A DNA stretch of 64,000 nt, filler included, from Bonamia ostreae (GCA_040357525.1; 15 parts of 15 records of this genome joined end to end with filler, not necessarily neighbours in it), one strand, 5' to 3'; shown: positions 21,777 through 33,859, counted from the first letter of the whole stretch. Program-made: numbers and translations. Notes: a model not told the origin generated them from the sequence alone.

Positions 21777-24492
21777 ATACTCGTCTTGGCTAGTCGAGAA
21801 ATCTGACATTCTTATTTAGCCTTTCTTATCTGATTTAAATATACTTTTAACTTAGTTTTTTATTCAGTTTCAAAAGCTTATTTTGTTTAAGCAATTCACA
21901 TATAGTTTATTTTGTCTGAGAATTTACAATTTTTCGTTTAGTCTTAATAAAGTTTTTTTTCTATCAACAACAATTCCTCTTTTCTTATCATCAACCAATT
22001 CACTCCATTTCTTCCCATTTTCTGACATAATCAAAATTAAATTTCCAGACTTTCTGTTTATTAATTCTATTGAATTTATTGCTTCTGTTTCCGTTAAACC
22101 AGTTTTAACCAACAAAGTTTCAAAATCGATTTGTTCGTATTCGTTGAATAACAACATTATTAACATCTACAAAAATTTACAATTTTTTCGTTTAAAAAAT
22201 TTTTATTAAAATTGACTTTTTTGTTTAAAAATTTTTTATTAAAATAAATTTTTAACCTGTCCTAAATCACATTTTAGAACAAAATTTTGTGAATCGGCAA
22301 TTTCAAAATTATTCTAAAAATTGTTTTTAAAACTTTTATCGGCAAAAATGTTATCGCTTTTCGATGTTCTCTGCTTTTATAAAATTTTTGCGCTTCTTTA
22401 AAAATGTTTTCGAGTTCATTTGGTAATATGACGTTTTCATATTTGTCTTCTAAATCTTTCCAATTACTTAAATTTAGCTTTGTTAAACTATATTTTGACA
22501 AATTTTAAAATTTTCCTTTTCTGAATAAATTGAAATTTTTTCAAATTTATCAATTTCATCAAAAATTAAAAACAAATTTTTAACGACGAATAAGCTCATT
22601 TTTATTCCAAAATTTTTTTGAATTTTTTCATTTAGTGATTTTGATAAAACAGGATAATTTTTCAAATTTCTAATGTGATCATTTATATTGCTTCTTATAC
22701 CGTTTTCTATAAGAAATAATTTCATTTCCTTAAAATTTGCTATTTTCAAATAATAATATTAATTTTCAGATTTTTAACTTTTTTTGTCATTTAAAAATTT
22801 ATTATTCCGAAAAATATTAATTTCGCTTTTATAAAAAAATTTCAAAAAAGTTATTTTAAAATTTCACTTTTTATATAAAAGTTATAAAAAAATATTGAAA
22901 ATTTCGCTTTTTATATATTAATATGGCAAAATTTAAACATTGATCGGTTTTAAAATCAATTTTTCCATTTTGCTGCAATTTTTGTTTTCTTCGATATTTA
23001 AAGATTTGTTTCTATAAAATCGATTTCTTAAATTTTTATTAAATTCCTTTTCCAGTTCGTTTTTGTCTTTTATGAGCATCAACATCAGCGGAATCTATTT
23101 AAACAAAGTTATAATTCGCAAAAAATTAAATTCTTCTCACAATTTGCAGAAAAATCTATAATTTTGATTTGTCCTAAATTTTAGCAAAATTTTGAAAAAT
23201 TTGTAACTTTATATTTAGCCAAATCGCTTTGCGTTGAAATAAGTCTGTTTTCGATCAAATGATCGTAATAACGACAAAAATTCAAAATAAAATTTTCGTC
23301 TTTCTCGGTCTCGTAAGAAAACCAAAATTTTTTTTCTATCGCCGAATTTTTGTTTACCAAATCCATTTTCTCCTGAAATCTAATTATTTTGCCCAAATAT
23401 TGTTTTGTCGACTTGAAAATTTTAAAGAAAACTTCAAAATCGTTTTCATTATCAATTTTTCTTATCGTTTCGCCATATAATCTAATTCTTCCCGATTCGC
23501 TGTTAAAATATTCTCTATTCACATTTAGCGCTTTTTCAAAGACCAATTTTGAACTTTGACAATTTTTGTAAAAAAGTTTTATCTCGCCGATCAAATTGTT
23601 CTCAATAAAATAAAGCAATCCTTTTTTTCTGTCGGCGATGATTTTTTCGCAGAGATTATTTGAGATTTCAGTGATTATCTAAAATTGAATATCAAATTTA
23701 TAAAACTGTGGCAACTTTGTTTCTAGTTTTATCGCTAATGAACATTTTGCCTTTCATAGAACTCGCTTTGATTTGGTCAATTTTAATTAGGAAATTTGAG
23801 TAATTTAGTTCCGAAAACATTTCTCCCAAAATTTGATTGTAATTTGTTCTGGTTCTCTCCAAAAATTTTGGTTCAAAGTATTTTTCATAGAATTGCTAAA
23901 TTTCGAAATCAAAACTTTTTTGTTGTGTTTATCGATTGCTTCGATCGCGTTAATGGCTTCTTTGACAACGTATTCGTCTTTGTGGGTCGAAAAGCAATTT
24001 TCAATTATCGAATCTGATAATTTTTCTATAAAGTTATCTATTCGATCAAATTGATTATAAAATGATTTTATGCAAGTTTCGGAGATTGTCTGTTCATCTC
24101 TTTCTCTGCAAAATCGATAATCCTGTTTTTTTTTTAGAATTATTGTCGTTAAACCAAGTACAGCAAAATGTCAGAAGCTCTTTTGATAAAATCGGAATAT
24201 TTTTTCCAAATTGTCGTGAAGGACGACAAAAGATCGTTTTCTTTTTCGTCTATTTTTTTGATTTTTGATGTTATCTCTTTTGCCCTAATTTCTAAGAAGT
24301 TTTGGATGTTTTTGTACAGTCGTTCTCCGTGTTTGTGGTGTACCAGATCGTAAGTGTGTCTATTGTCTAAAATTTGTACCTGTAAAGTTCGATCAATTTT
24401 ATTCGGTCGATTTGACCTAACATTCCGTCTTTAATTTTTTCGATTAGTTGGTCTGCCTTGTCTTTTAACCTATTAATAAAAAGTCATTACAT
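21777..24492 (-). CDS. Cullin (CUL3-like), multi-exon, 3'-partial
   Basis: IELYRHTYDLVHHKHGERLY (cullin-3-like N-terminus, 20-nt intron 24360-24379), KRASDILLYL, QMLIMLLFNEYEQIDFETLLVKTGL. Confidence 0.8.
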
Positions 24493-24832
24493 TGAGCTTA
24501 TCGGATATTTTGTTTAAAAATATTATATGTTTTTTTGTTAATAATAATGGCCTCATCTTCTTTCTGCAGATATTATAATTTTTTAATGCGCTGGGAAAAA
24601 AGATAATGGTTTCATCTTCTGTCCTTTTTTTAATGCGTCGCGAAAAAATATCGCAACACAATTTAAGATTTTTTGAAAACATAAAAATAGTCTCTTTAAA
24701 ATTACGAATTAAAAAGTGAAAGCAAATTGCTCATTGGAAATAAAATAAAGCAAATTTTAAATTGATCACAAATAGTATCGCCATTTCTAATATACAGAAA
24801 AAAGTTAAAATATTAACAAAGAAGCTTTATCA

Positions 24833-25890
24833 ATGAAAATACTGCGTTCGCATGGGAAAGTCAAAATATTCTGTAATTGCATATTTATTGGTCCAGATTT
24901 TTTGCTTTTAATTTTAACGGATATTCTTTTTCTTGGACCTTCAATACTTTTCGTAATTTTTATGTTTTTTATAATTTTGTTTTTTATGTTTTCGAATGTT
25001 ATGGCATTCAATTATTTTTTATGTTTTCAAGATTTTTGTTTTTACAAGATTTTTCGGCAAGTTCAACTTAATTTTAAATAGTTTTGGCAAAAATGGAGTG
25101 ATTTTATCGACAATATCGATTATTTTTATATTTCTAATTACTTTTTTGATACATTGTACCGCTTTTAGCGATCCGGGATTTCTTTTAAAACAAAAAAGAA
25201 AACATCGAAAAACTAAAAAAAGCAAAAATGGCTACAAATTTTGCAGTTTTGCAATTTTTAAATGTGAAAAAATTTAAATTTGTAAAATTGAAATAGAAAC
25301 TTGTAAGATTGTCCGCCCACCTAGATCAAAACATTGCAGATATTGCGACAATTGCGTTTTATTGTTCGATCACCACTGCCCCTGGTTTTGGCTAAATTAA
25401 AAAATTAAGGTTGGGAACTTGTGTGGCTTTAAGAAATTACAGAATTTTCTTCATTTTGGTTTCGGTCTCCAATTTTTTTGCATTTTATGTTTTTGTTCAA
25501 TCCGTTGTGTTTTTGTCTTCAAAAACAGTTTTGAATAAAAAGATCGATTTTTTCGATGTGATAAGAACTGAACCGATAATATATCCTTTTATAACCAAAT
25601 TGGCTGAATTTTAGCTTTTTTAGTCAAAATAATAAATTTCCTTAAATTTTAATACTTTTGCAGTTTGTATATATTCAATCGTTTTGGCGATCATTTTATC
25701 GATACTTCAATGTTACCACATCAAATTAATATATTTGGAACAGACGACAAACGAAAACGTTTTTTTACTAAAAATTGCGTTTTAGGTAAAAGGAATAAAA
25801 AACAAAACGGAAAACGAAAGAAATTGTTGCAACAAGTTTTGGAAATTCTTTTGCAAAGGAGTGCCAGAAAGTAAGTTAATTTTTAACTAA
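24833..25890 (+). CDS. DHHC palmitoyltransferase (ERF2/ZDHHC9-like), multi-exon
   Basis: FSDPGF...[50 protein letters not shown] motif; TM segments. Confidence 0.92.
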
Positions 25891-26119
25891 TAAACGAAAT
25901 TTACAAAAAATTTACTATCAATCAAAATATTTTTCGAGAAAGTCGTATAAACGTTTCGCGTAATTTTTCGGGTTCACAGCAGAAATTGAATCCTGATTGT
26001 TAATATTTTTATTCGATTNNNNNNNNNNNNNNNNNNNNNNNNNNNNNNNNNNNNNNNNNNNNTTAATTAATTAANNNNNNNNNNNNNNNNNNNNNNNNNN
26101 NNNNNNNNNNNNNNNNNNA

Positions 26120-26269
26120 AACAAATCAGATGTCCCGAATAATAACACGAATTGGTACTTGTTCGGCACGAGTATTCTGAATTGGTTTCTATTTGTTCTT
26201 TTTGCTATTTGTTTATTTATACTGGCAAGAAAAGAGAGAAAAATTCACAATGATATTTTGAATCAATAA
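26120..26269 (+). CDS. C-terminal fragment of a single-pass membrane protein
   Basis: WYLFGTSILNWFLFVLFAICLFILARKERK: hydrophobic helix then basic stop-transfer; at contig start. Confidence 0.45.
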   Translation, partial: NKSDVPNNNTNWYLFGTSILNWFLFVLFAICLFILARKERKIHNDILNQ

Positions 26270-26301
26270 ATAAATCTTCTTAGAGAGATGTTGTTCAAAA
26301 A

Positions 26302-27042
26302 TTATTTACGGTGCGCCATCAAAATAACTTTTCTCACCATTAATTCATTAATTATATCGATACTGTTTTTGTCGATTTTCTTACCTACTGGCAGATACCT
26401 GATCTTTTCTTGTTCTCCATCTTCTTTAATAAGTTCTCTCGTTTTTGCAGTCTGAACACTCTTTTCTTTCTTTTCTTTCACGCCCTCTTTTTCGACAATA
26501 TCTCCGTACTTCTTTGTAAAATGATTGATTTCTTTGCTGCTTGGCTTCATAAGGGTTTCACCGTACCGGAAGTGCTGGTTGCAAATCGGGCAAGTTTTGT
26601 TAAACCGCAGCCATTTCAAAATACATTTTTCATGGAATAAGTGTTCACACGCCAGACAACAAATAATAGTGTTCATGACATAGTTTTCCAAGCAGATTAT
26701 GCAACGAGAGTTTTTCAGAGCTTCAAAGTTTTCCTCTTGCAATTCAAACAGCATCGAGGATACAGAAACATCGCTGCCGGTTTCTTCGTGATCAGCCATC
26801 GACCTCTCCACGAGCATTTCGCGAATTTTCAAGTAAATCGCGTAGAGCATATTGGCGGCGAAAATGACGACGATCGTCCCGAAGATCAGAAAAGAGATGA
26901 TAGCGAACACAGTGCCCAAAGTGGACAGTTTTTGGTAGTTTTTGTCGACGTAATAATTTTTGGATTGGGCCAAAACAGCTTTAATTATAGAATAAACTTT
27001 GTACAGAAAAAAAAGAAAAAGAGAGAGGGCCCAAATTACCAA
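26302..27042 (-). CDS. Membrane-anchored RING-H2 E3 ubiquitin ligase (5' end uncertain)
   Basis: CIICLENY...LACEHLFHEKCILKWLRFNKTCPIC preceded by TM helices. Confidence 0.88.
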   Translation of the reverse strand: MVIWALSLFLFFLYKVYSIIKAVLAQSKNYYVDKNYQKLSTLGTVFAIISFLIFGTIVVIFAANMLYAIYLKIREMLVERSMADHEETGSDVSVSSMLFELQEENFEALKNSRCIICLENYVMNTIICCLACEHLFHEKCILKWLRFNKTCPICNQHFRYGETLMKPSSKEINHFTKKYGDIVEKEGVKEKKEKSVQTAKTRELIKEDGEQEKIRYLPVGKKIDKNSIDIINELMVRKVILMAHRK

Positions 27043-27451
27043 AAAGTTTCATTTTGGATAACATAATTATTTTTTTGCTTGGTGTTAAAGTTAATGTTCG
27101 CAAATAAATATAAAGAGGCGATATTCTTAATCGAAATATATTTTTATAAATGTCCATTTATTGCACACTCTGCAAATTTGTACGCTTACTCGATATAAGT
27201 TTGGTCGCAACCTTTTATTTGAATAAGTATTCGACACAATTACATTTTGATTGATATTTTTCTACATATAAAGATGCGTATTTCAAAGCATGATTGATAT
27301 TTATACCAATCAGATTGATATTCATTTCAAAGCCTGATTTCCAAAACTTGTCGAAAGATGCATTACATATCATAAAGTCCTTTAATTCAAAACTCAGATT
27401 AAAATATAATTCATATATTTTCTTATTTTGTTTTAAGCTAAACAAATAAAG

Positions 27452-30343
27452 ATGAACCGTAAAAAGCTTTTTTCTTTCGACAAAAAACTCAAATCCAAAA
27501 TGGGATGGAGCATATCTGAACTAACGAGGAATTTCCTTAGAGGCTCAGGAAAACTTAACTCGGAATACTATGAGCACTTTTGGCAACAACTCCAATCGAG
27601 CGAGAAGAGCTATTTGCAAATTATTGCCAGAACGCTAGAAAAACTTGCGATTTATCCGAGCGACAATCGTTTTCACCCTCATTTTCAGTCTCTCTTTCAG
27701 TTCTCTGTAACACTTTGGTCTATCTTCTCCTTGTCGAACACATTCTTTATTTCGACACGCCAACTTTAGAGCGTTTAAAAAAGCTTTTGGATAGCAATTT
27801 GGCGCAGATTGATAGACAAACTAAAAATGTTTTCATTAAAATTTTTCGAGTAAGGGCGCGATGGCTCAGTGGTTCGGACCATGTGCGCGCATTCTTGCGC
27901 GCATGGGTTCGAATTTCGGCGCTGTCGTTTCCAAACTAATGCCAAAACGGGAGGTCCCCCTAAAATTTCCAAATTAAAAATTTTTTGAGTTTTAATGATT
28001 TTATAAAAATCTTTCTCGAATGATTTTAATGATTTTATTCGTTTGCCATTTTTAGAGATTTTATAAAATCTTTCTCGTTGTTTTTAATGATTTTTGTATC
28101 TTTCGCGTTTTCGAAGATTTGTCATTTTTGAATTTTGTCCATTAAAGACAAAATCATTTTTTTGCAAAATCATTTTGATTTTAAATTTTTTTTTAACCAA
28201 TTTCACATGAAATTTATTTGCAAAAATCATTTTTAAGCTCCTGAGAAGCGCAGTAAACATTTTTGACGGTAAAGACATGTTTGCCAAACTGATCAACAAC
28301 TACTTTGAACCAACTCGCAACATCAGTTACCAGAAAGTCAACAAACTGATGATCGGATCGGACAAAACTTTTTACGCGTCTTATTTGAACACTTTGAACT
28401 TGCAAGACCGAGAAAATGCAGAAAAAATTCTGTTCCTTCTCTGCAACAAAATCCAAGATTTTGCTTCGCCCGACCTTTCGCAGCAAGACATCCACGAAAA
28501 ACGCGTCTTTCTAATTTTAGATTACATCCGCTCTTTCATTTCGCAGCACGCCATCTTCCCAATAACATTAGTCGAAAAGCTCGAAGAAGCTTTAAAAGCG
28601 CTTTATTTCTGGCCATCCAAAGTCTCGAATGAAGTGCTGCGGACTTTGCATCTCGTCGAGTCGGAAAAGAAATTTAAGGGCAGCGCACTTTTGTTTAAAT
28701 TTGGAGCGGAAAGTGTCTATTCTAATGTAATCGCGAAAGTGCCTATTCTCAAAAATCGCAAGTTTTTAGCTTTACAATATTTTTTTGTCTATTCTTAAAA
28801 ATTTTCTATTCTTAAAAATATTGCGACGCCGTTTTTAAATATTGTTGCTGTTGATTTTGGGAAACGATTATTTGAAATAAATTCAAAATAACTTCCATAA
28901 AAGATTAGTGAAATGGGAGAATCTGAGGACTAGCCCCATTTATTATTTGGCGGAAAATTATTCTCGAAACTTGTTCTTTCTGTTTTTGATGAGAGTGACT
29001 ACTATAACTGTAGATCAATTTAAAGGGGAAAAAGTTTTAAAAGGACTTTCTTCCAGGACCATACTGCTGATGCTAATCTGTTTTTTTTAACTTTGCTGAA
29101 CATTTGTACATAGTTATCTTAAGCTTACTTCTTAAATATTTTACGCAATTCCACTTAATTTAAGATATATTAAACTTGAACGGAGATTTGACTACGAACG
29201 ATGTAACGAATATTCATTGGTTGACCAAACATCAAGTGCTGTCGTATTTTAAGCGATTGCTCGACATTTCTTTTATTCTAAGCAAGTTTAAGCTTCGGAG
29301 TTATTTTTTAATAATATAGTTCTGAACTTGACGACGCGAGCAAAAAGGCCAAATTGGCCGTTCTCAAAAAAGAGATCTATGGAACAGCGATGAAAAACTT
29401 GACTAATCCAGTTTTGCCAAATTTTGTTTTAAATGTTTGTAACAACAAAAGTCGATTTGAGTCCTAAACACTTTGAAAACGTAACAATGTTTAAAGACAA
29501 AGAATTTGAGACCAATCTGTTCAATAAAAAAATTCCCTGCAAACTTTGTCCCGGAATTGCCGCCGTTGAGCCATTTGGTCTTCACGAGCGAATCCAAAAA
29601 CAAAGGCCAACACAAATTAGAAGACCCTTCTTCCGTGTTCACATCCGTTTGGAACAAATATCTTGATACAAAAACTCTCAATTTCCGCTTCAAATTCGTT
29701 ATTTTTGGAGGTTTCTTTAACCGGAAAAAAGACTTTAATTTTGTCGCAATCAATTTGATTCAAAAATCTCAAATCTCTTTAATTTAAGGCAAAAAGACGA
29801 TCAATTCGGTTATAAAGATTTACGTGAGTCTGCTGGAAAAGGGATGCGAAAACGAGAAAATGGAATTCTATTTGATTCCAACGATAAAATCGCGATTGGC
29901 GATTTACATGGCAATGAACGACGAACAATATTTGTTCATTATTCATTAAAACACAGACGGAGTGTCTTCAACATCTTCCACCGCGATCTGCTGATTCCCT
30001 CGTTCGATTTGAATGAGAAGGAACCGGCCAAACTAAAATATCCGAACGACAAAATCGTTTTTTGTTAATCTTGAAGCAATCGCCGGGACTGTTTTTCCGC
30101 GAAATGGTGGAGAAGTATGTCCGAGAAGCAAACAAAACGTTCGAATTTACGCTCTGCAATGTCTACACTTGGGAAAACAAATCTGATTCGGATTGCTACA
30201 CAGTTTTAAACTTTAATGGTAGAAATTTGTTTTTGAGGATTTTTTGACGTTGTTGATTAGTCGCGCCGATTCGTTCAAAAAATTGAAAGTTTTTATTCCG
30301 CTGATGATCAACTTTTATAAATTGTTAAATTTACGCGATGAAC
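27452..30343 (+). CDS. PI3K-gamma regulatory subunit p101/p84 (PIK3R5/6)-like protein, multi-exon, 3'-partial
   Basis: ALKALYFWPSKVSNEVLRTLHLVESEKKFKGSALL; FKFVIFGGKKTINSVIKIY...MEFYLIP...LAIYMAMNDEQYLRSV; FREMVEKYVREANKTF, in the same order as recalled p101-family blocks. Confidence 0.5.
27854..27960 (+). mobile_element. tRNA-derived SINE-like / Pol III element inside an intron
   Basis: A box TGGCTCAGTGG (27862-27872), B-box-like GGTTCGAATT (27906-27915), GC hairpin in place of an anticodon arm; related copy at 11061. Confidence 0.65.
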
Positions 30344-30443
30344 NNNNNNNNNNNNNNNNNNNNNNNNNNNNNNNNNNNNNNNNNNNNTTAATTAATTAAN
30401 NNNNNNNNNNNNNNNNNNNNNNNNNNNNNNNNNNNNNNNNNNN

Positions 30444-33084
30444 ATTTTCTTCTTGTTTGGGTATACTTAGCGTAACCTGTCATCGCTGAATCGTACTCTG
30501 TTTTAACTTCTTTTGTTGTGGATTTGTCAACAATATTTTCTATTGCTTCACTCATTGGATTTAAAATTATTTCTTTAAATTGTCCAAAAGCACCTGTCAT
30601 TGCTTGAGATTCCTTCAATGAATTTTGCTCATACATTCTTCCGGCTCTAGACAACATTGATCTAACCTTGAATAATCTGCTTCCTATAGAATCTTTATAT
30701 CCCGGTAAATTATTCGGTTTGTCAAGAGTAAGAATATCCTTAAGTTCTTCAACTACGAATTGCGCTTCTACTCCTAGATTATAGTCTGAACTCAATTCTT
30801 TCAACACTCTTTCATAATATAATGTTGGCTCTTGAGATACTGTCCCATCTGCCTTTTTTGCCCCTTTCTTTGGACGGCCTTTCTCATTAAGATTTTCTAT
30901 AATATTTCTCATATTAGAAAGTTCGCTTTCAATTCCTTCTGGGTTTCCAGAGGCGAATGTATCAATTGAAGTCTCTGCGTCTGCAAAAGGTTGACTGAAT
31001 CTTTCTCTCACACCTGACTTAACTTCTTGGGCAAAGTCCCATGCAGTATTCCCTGTTTCACCTTTGTCCCTAATCTTTGTAACATCAACCTCATTAAAGT
31101 CTATACCAACTCCATCGAAGAATGCATTATTGAAGGCTTGTATTTCTTTTGAAATATATTCATTAATAAATTGTCCATTAGTTCCAGGATCAAGGGCTAT
31201 ACCGCCAACTATATCAAGAATGGATGTACCAAGCGCTCTCATATTAAGATCTTCTGATTTCAGCATTCTAGCCAATAAGTTTGTGCCTCCTCTCTCTGCA
31301 ATTAGGGCATCAAGTTCACTAATAGGAAGCCCTTCACTGAATATACTATTTACAATAGCTGACATAATATTGTCTGCATTCCTAATAAATATTGCATCAT
31401 CAGTTGCTGAGATAGATAGATCTGAATTAATTATTGGTTGCTCTATTCCTTGACGGGCATCATCAACTAATTTTTGTGCTCTTTGATCCATAACATCAGC
31501 TATATCATTTTTATCTCTTGTCAGGGATTCCAATGTTCCATCTGAGGATAATTTTCTATTATATTTAGAACTGTTTTCAGACCCCTTCCCAATATTAGAA
31601 ATATTAACATCCTTTATTGTTCCGGATCCATTTGTACCTCTTTCTATATAGGCTCCCTCGAAAGATTCACCAGGAATATTTTTAACTGTAGTTTCTGAAA
31701 TAGTGTCCCCAGATATTTGTTCTGATGGAGTTCCTGTTCCTTCTGTTTTATTGAAAATGTCATTGAAAGCTTTTTCATTATTATATATTTCTTCCATGGC
31801 CTGTTCTGAGGCGATCATTCCTTCATCAATAGTTTTACTTGACTCTGATGGTTTAGCCTTATATCCAGTCTCTTCTACTGGGGCTCCTTCTTTATTTATA
31901 GAGAATTCTTTTTCGCCAACATTGAATCTTGTTTTCTTGGATCCTTCTCTAGGGAATTCAAGAGTACTAATATCAGTTGGTTTTGATCCAAATAGCATTT
32001 TTCTGCCAGTAGATCCTGTGTTCTCAGCTAGAGATGATTTATGGGCTACAAGCATACCTAAAGCTCCACCAAGACTCGGAGCAACATCCCTTCTATTTTG
32101 GGTAATATCTATATTATCGACTATCTTTTTTGTTGCATATCCAAATGCTCCACCAGTGGCATAAAGAGCAGAGGCAGTTAAGTATTTTTCAAATATTGTC
32201 GCAAATGGATTTACTTGATCGAAAGCTGATAGGGCTACAGCTAAACTTTGCCCTCCTTTTACGGCTTCCAAGGCCTTAAAAATAGAAGAACCAAAGGCAA
32301 ATGTTGATAGCTCACCTCCAAAATAAGCCCATGAATTCTGATCAACACCCATTTTATCCATGAAATATTTTGTAACTTCTAATCTTGGTTTATCGGAAGC
32401 GAAAGATATAATATCAGCCCCTAAATCAATTGCTGAAAGTAGGGCTCCAGCTCCACCTCCGGCAATATTCTTTACAAATTTACCGGCATCAATTCTACTT
32501 GAATAATCCAATAAAATTCTTTCTATGTCTTCATCAACAATCATTTTTTTATCTGAATGTCTTCTCTCTATATCATTAAATTTAGCAACATCTAATTCGC
32601 TAATACCCTTAGGGCTATCCATATATTTCATCTTAGCTGTCATCTTTGACAGAAGAGCAGAAACCTCTATGGATGCTGACTCAGTTACTGAGGCTTTATT
32701 TGCCATATCCAATAATTGAGCATACCTATCAATCTGTTGGAATAGACCTCTTTTACTGGCCTCTCCCATATATTTTCTAACTGTATATGTATTATAATTC
32801 TGAATAGTGTCTCTAATATATTTGGTATTTTCTTTTATTTTAGAACCACCAAAATAACCTTTGTCTAATTTCTGTACACTCATCCCAGTTAGGCTACTAA
32901 AGTTCTGTAGATGGTCTGTCGCTAAATTAAACTTCCCATCCAACATATCCCTTTCCGCTGATCTAAGATGTTCTGAAGCCATCCCATATATCTGTGGATT
33001 TATATATTGTCTAAGATCTTTATTTGAAGCAGTAAGTTCGTTAGAGCCAAAATTAGGTGTGTTAAAACTGTTATTATTTTCCAT
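30444..33084 (-). CDS. Large ORFan (>880 aa, 3'-truncated) on a prokaryotic/phage-like contig; possible virion/DNA-ejection or secreted protein
   Basis: Intronless; AGGAG Shine-Dalgarno at 33093-33097, 8 nt before ATG; Gly/Ala-rich hydrophobic block then long helical region. Confidence 0.75.
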
Positions 33085-33133
33085 TATAAATTCTCCTGTA
33101 ATACATTGGTCAATATAGCATTATTAGGACTAA

Positions 33134-33158
33134 TTTAATATAATTAAATTATATTAAA
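33134..33158. promoter_or_regulatory. 25-bp palindrome with opposed TATAAT boxes (candidate bidirectional promoter/operator)
   Basis: TTTAATATAATT-A-AATTATATTAAA, perfect 12-bp arms, in the middle of the 100-bp gap between divergent ORFs. Confidence 0.6.
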
Positions 33159-33184
33159 AGGAAATTTATTTTATAGGAATTTTT

Positions 33185-33466
33185 ATGGGTGGAATCTCTG
33201 CAATCGCGTCTTTATCAGATAAATCCGATTTATCACAACTTAATAATAGTAGACCAATACTGAATCAATCTAACCAGAATATTAATTCTTACAGTAATCA
33301 AACCAATAAAAACAATAATGTGATATCCCAATATTCTGAACAGGGATTATCTTACAATGATCAACCTAATAGGAATTATTCTGACAATCCAAAAAAATCA
33401 AATAGTTTACTAGATCAATTAAATCAATTAAATCAACTAAATAGCGGGAATCAAAATGGACAATAA
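33185..33466 (+). CDS. Asn/Gln/Ser-rich small ORFan (foreign contig)
   Basis: AGGA 6 nt before ATG; overlaps the next ORF by 11 nt. Confidence 0.6.
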   Translation: MGGISAIASLSDKSDLSQLNNSRPILNQSNQNINSYSNQTNKNNNVISQYSEQGLSYNDQPNRNYSDNPKKSNSLLDQLNQLNQLNSGNQNGQ

Positions 33467-33848
33467 TAATTTTTCAAGCAAGGAAATTCAGAATAGTTTG
33501 AATGAAGACCTCTCAAAAGAATCTACTCAAGCAGATATATCTAAAGTTTTACCTATGATACTTAGCGGTGTTTATAAGAGCTCTGAGGAACAATTTAATA
33601 AGCTTGGGCAACAAACAACCGTTAATGCATATGGCCTTGCATCTATTTCTAAACAAATGACTCAACTCTCACAAATTGTAAAACAATTAGCGGACAAAGC
33701 TGGAATCCAAGGGCAAGTAGAACAGCCAGAAGCCTCTGCTCCAGTTAGACCAAAACAACCAGCTCAACCTAAACAAGATGGAAATGAAAAACTAGCAGAA
33801 ATGTTTGCAGAATTAATGCAAAATAGAAATGGAAATGATCAACAATAA
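33456..33848 (+). CDS. Coiled-coil / Gln-Pro-rich ORFan (foreign contig)
   Basis: GGGA 6 nt before ATG; operon-like overlap with the upstream ORF. Confidence 0.7.
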   Translation: MDNNNFSSKEIQNSLNEDLSKESTQADISKVLPMILSGVYKSSEEQFNKLGQQTTVNAYGLASISKQMTQLSQIVKQLADKAGIQGQVEQPEASAPVRPKQPAQPKQDGNEKLAEMFAELMQNRNGNDQQ

Positions 33849-33859
33849 AAGGAGTAAAG

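Noticed and set aside
27854-27868. Similarity of gggcgcgatggctca to the 5' end of Alu/7SL
   Set aside because: Explained by the shared Pol III A box; no further SRP/Alu sequence or helix-8 motif follows.
31064-32164. Plus-strand ORFs of 129 and 153 aa within the foreign contig
   Set aside because: Antisense to the 898-aa ORF, non-ATG starts, Ser/Ile/Leu-rich shadow composition, no Shine-Dalgarno site.
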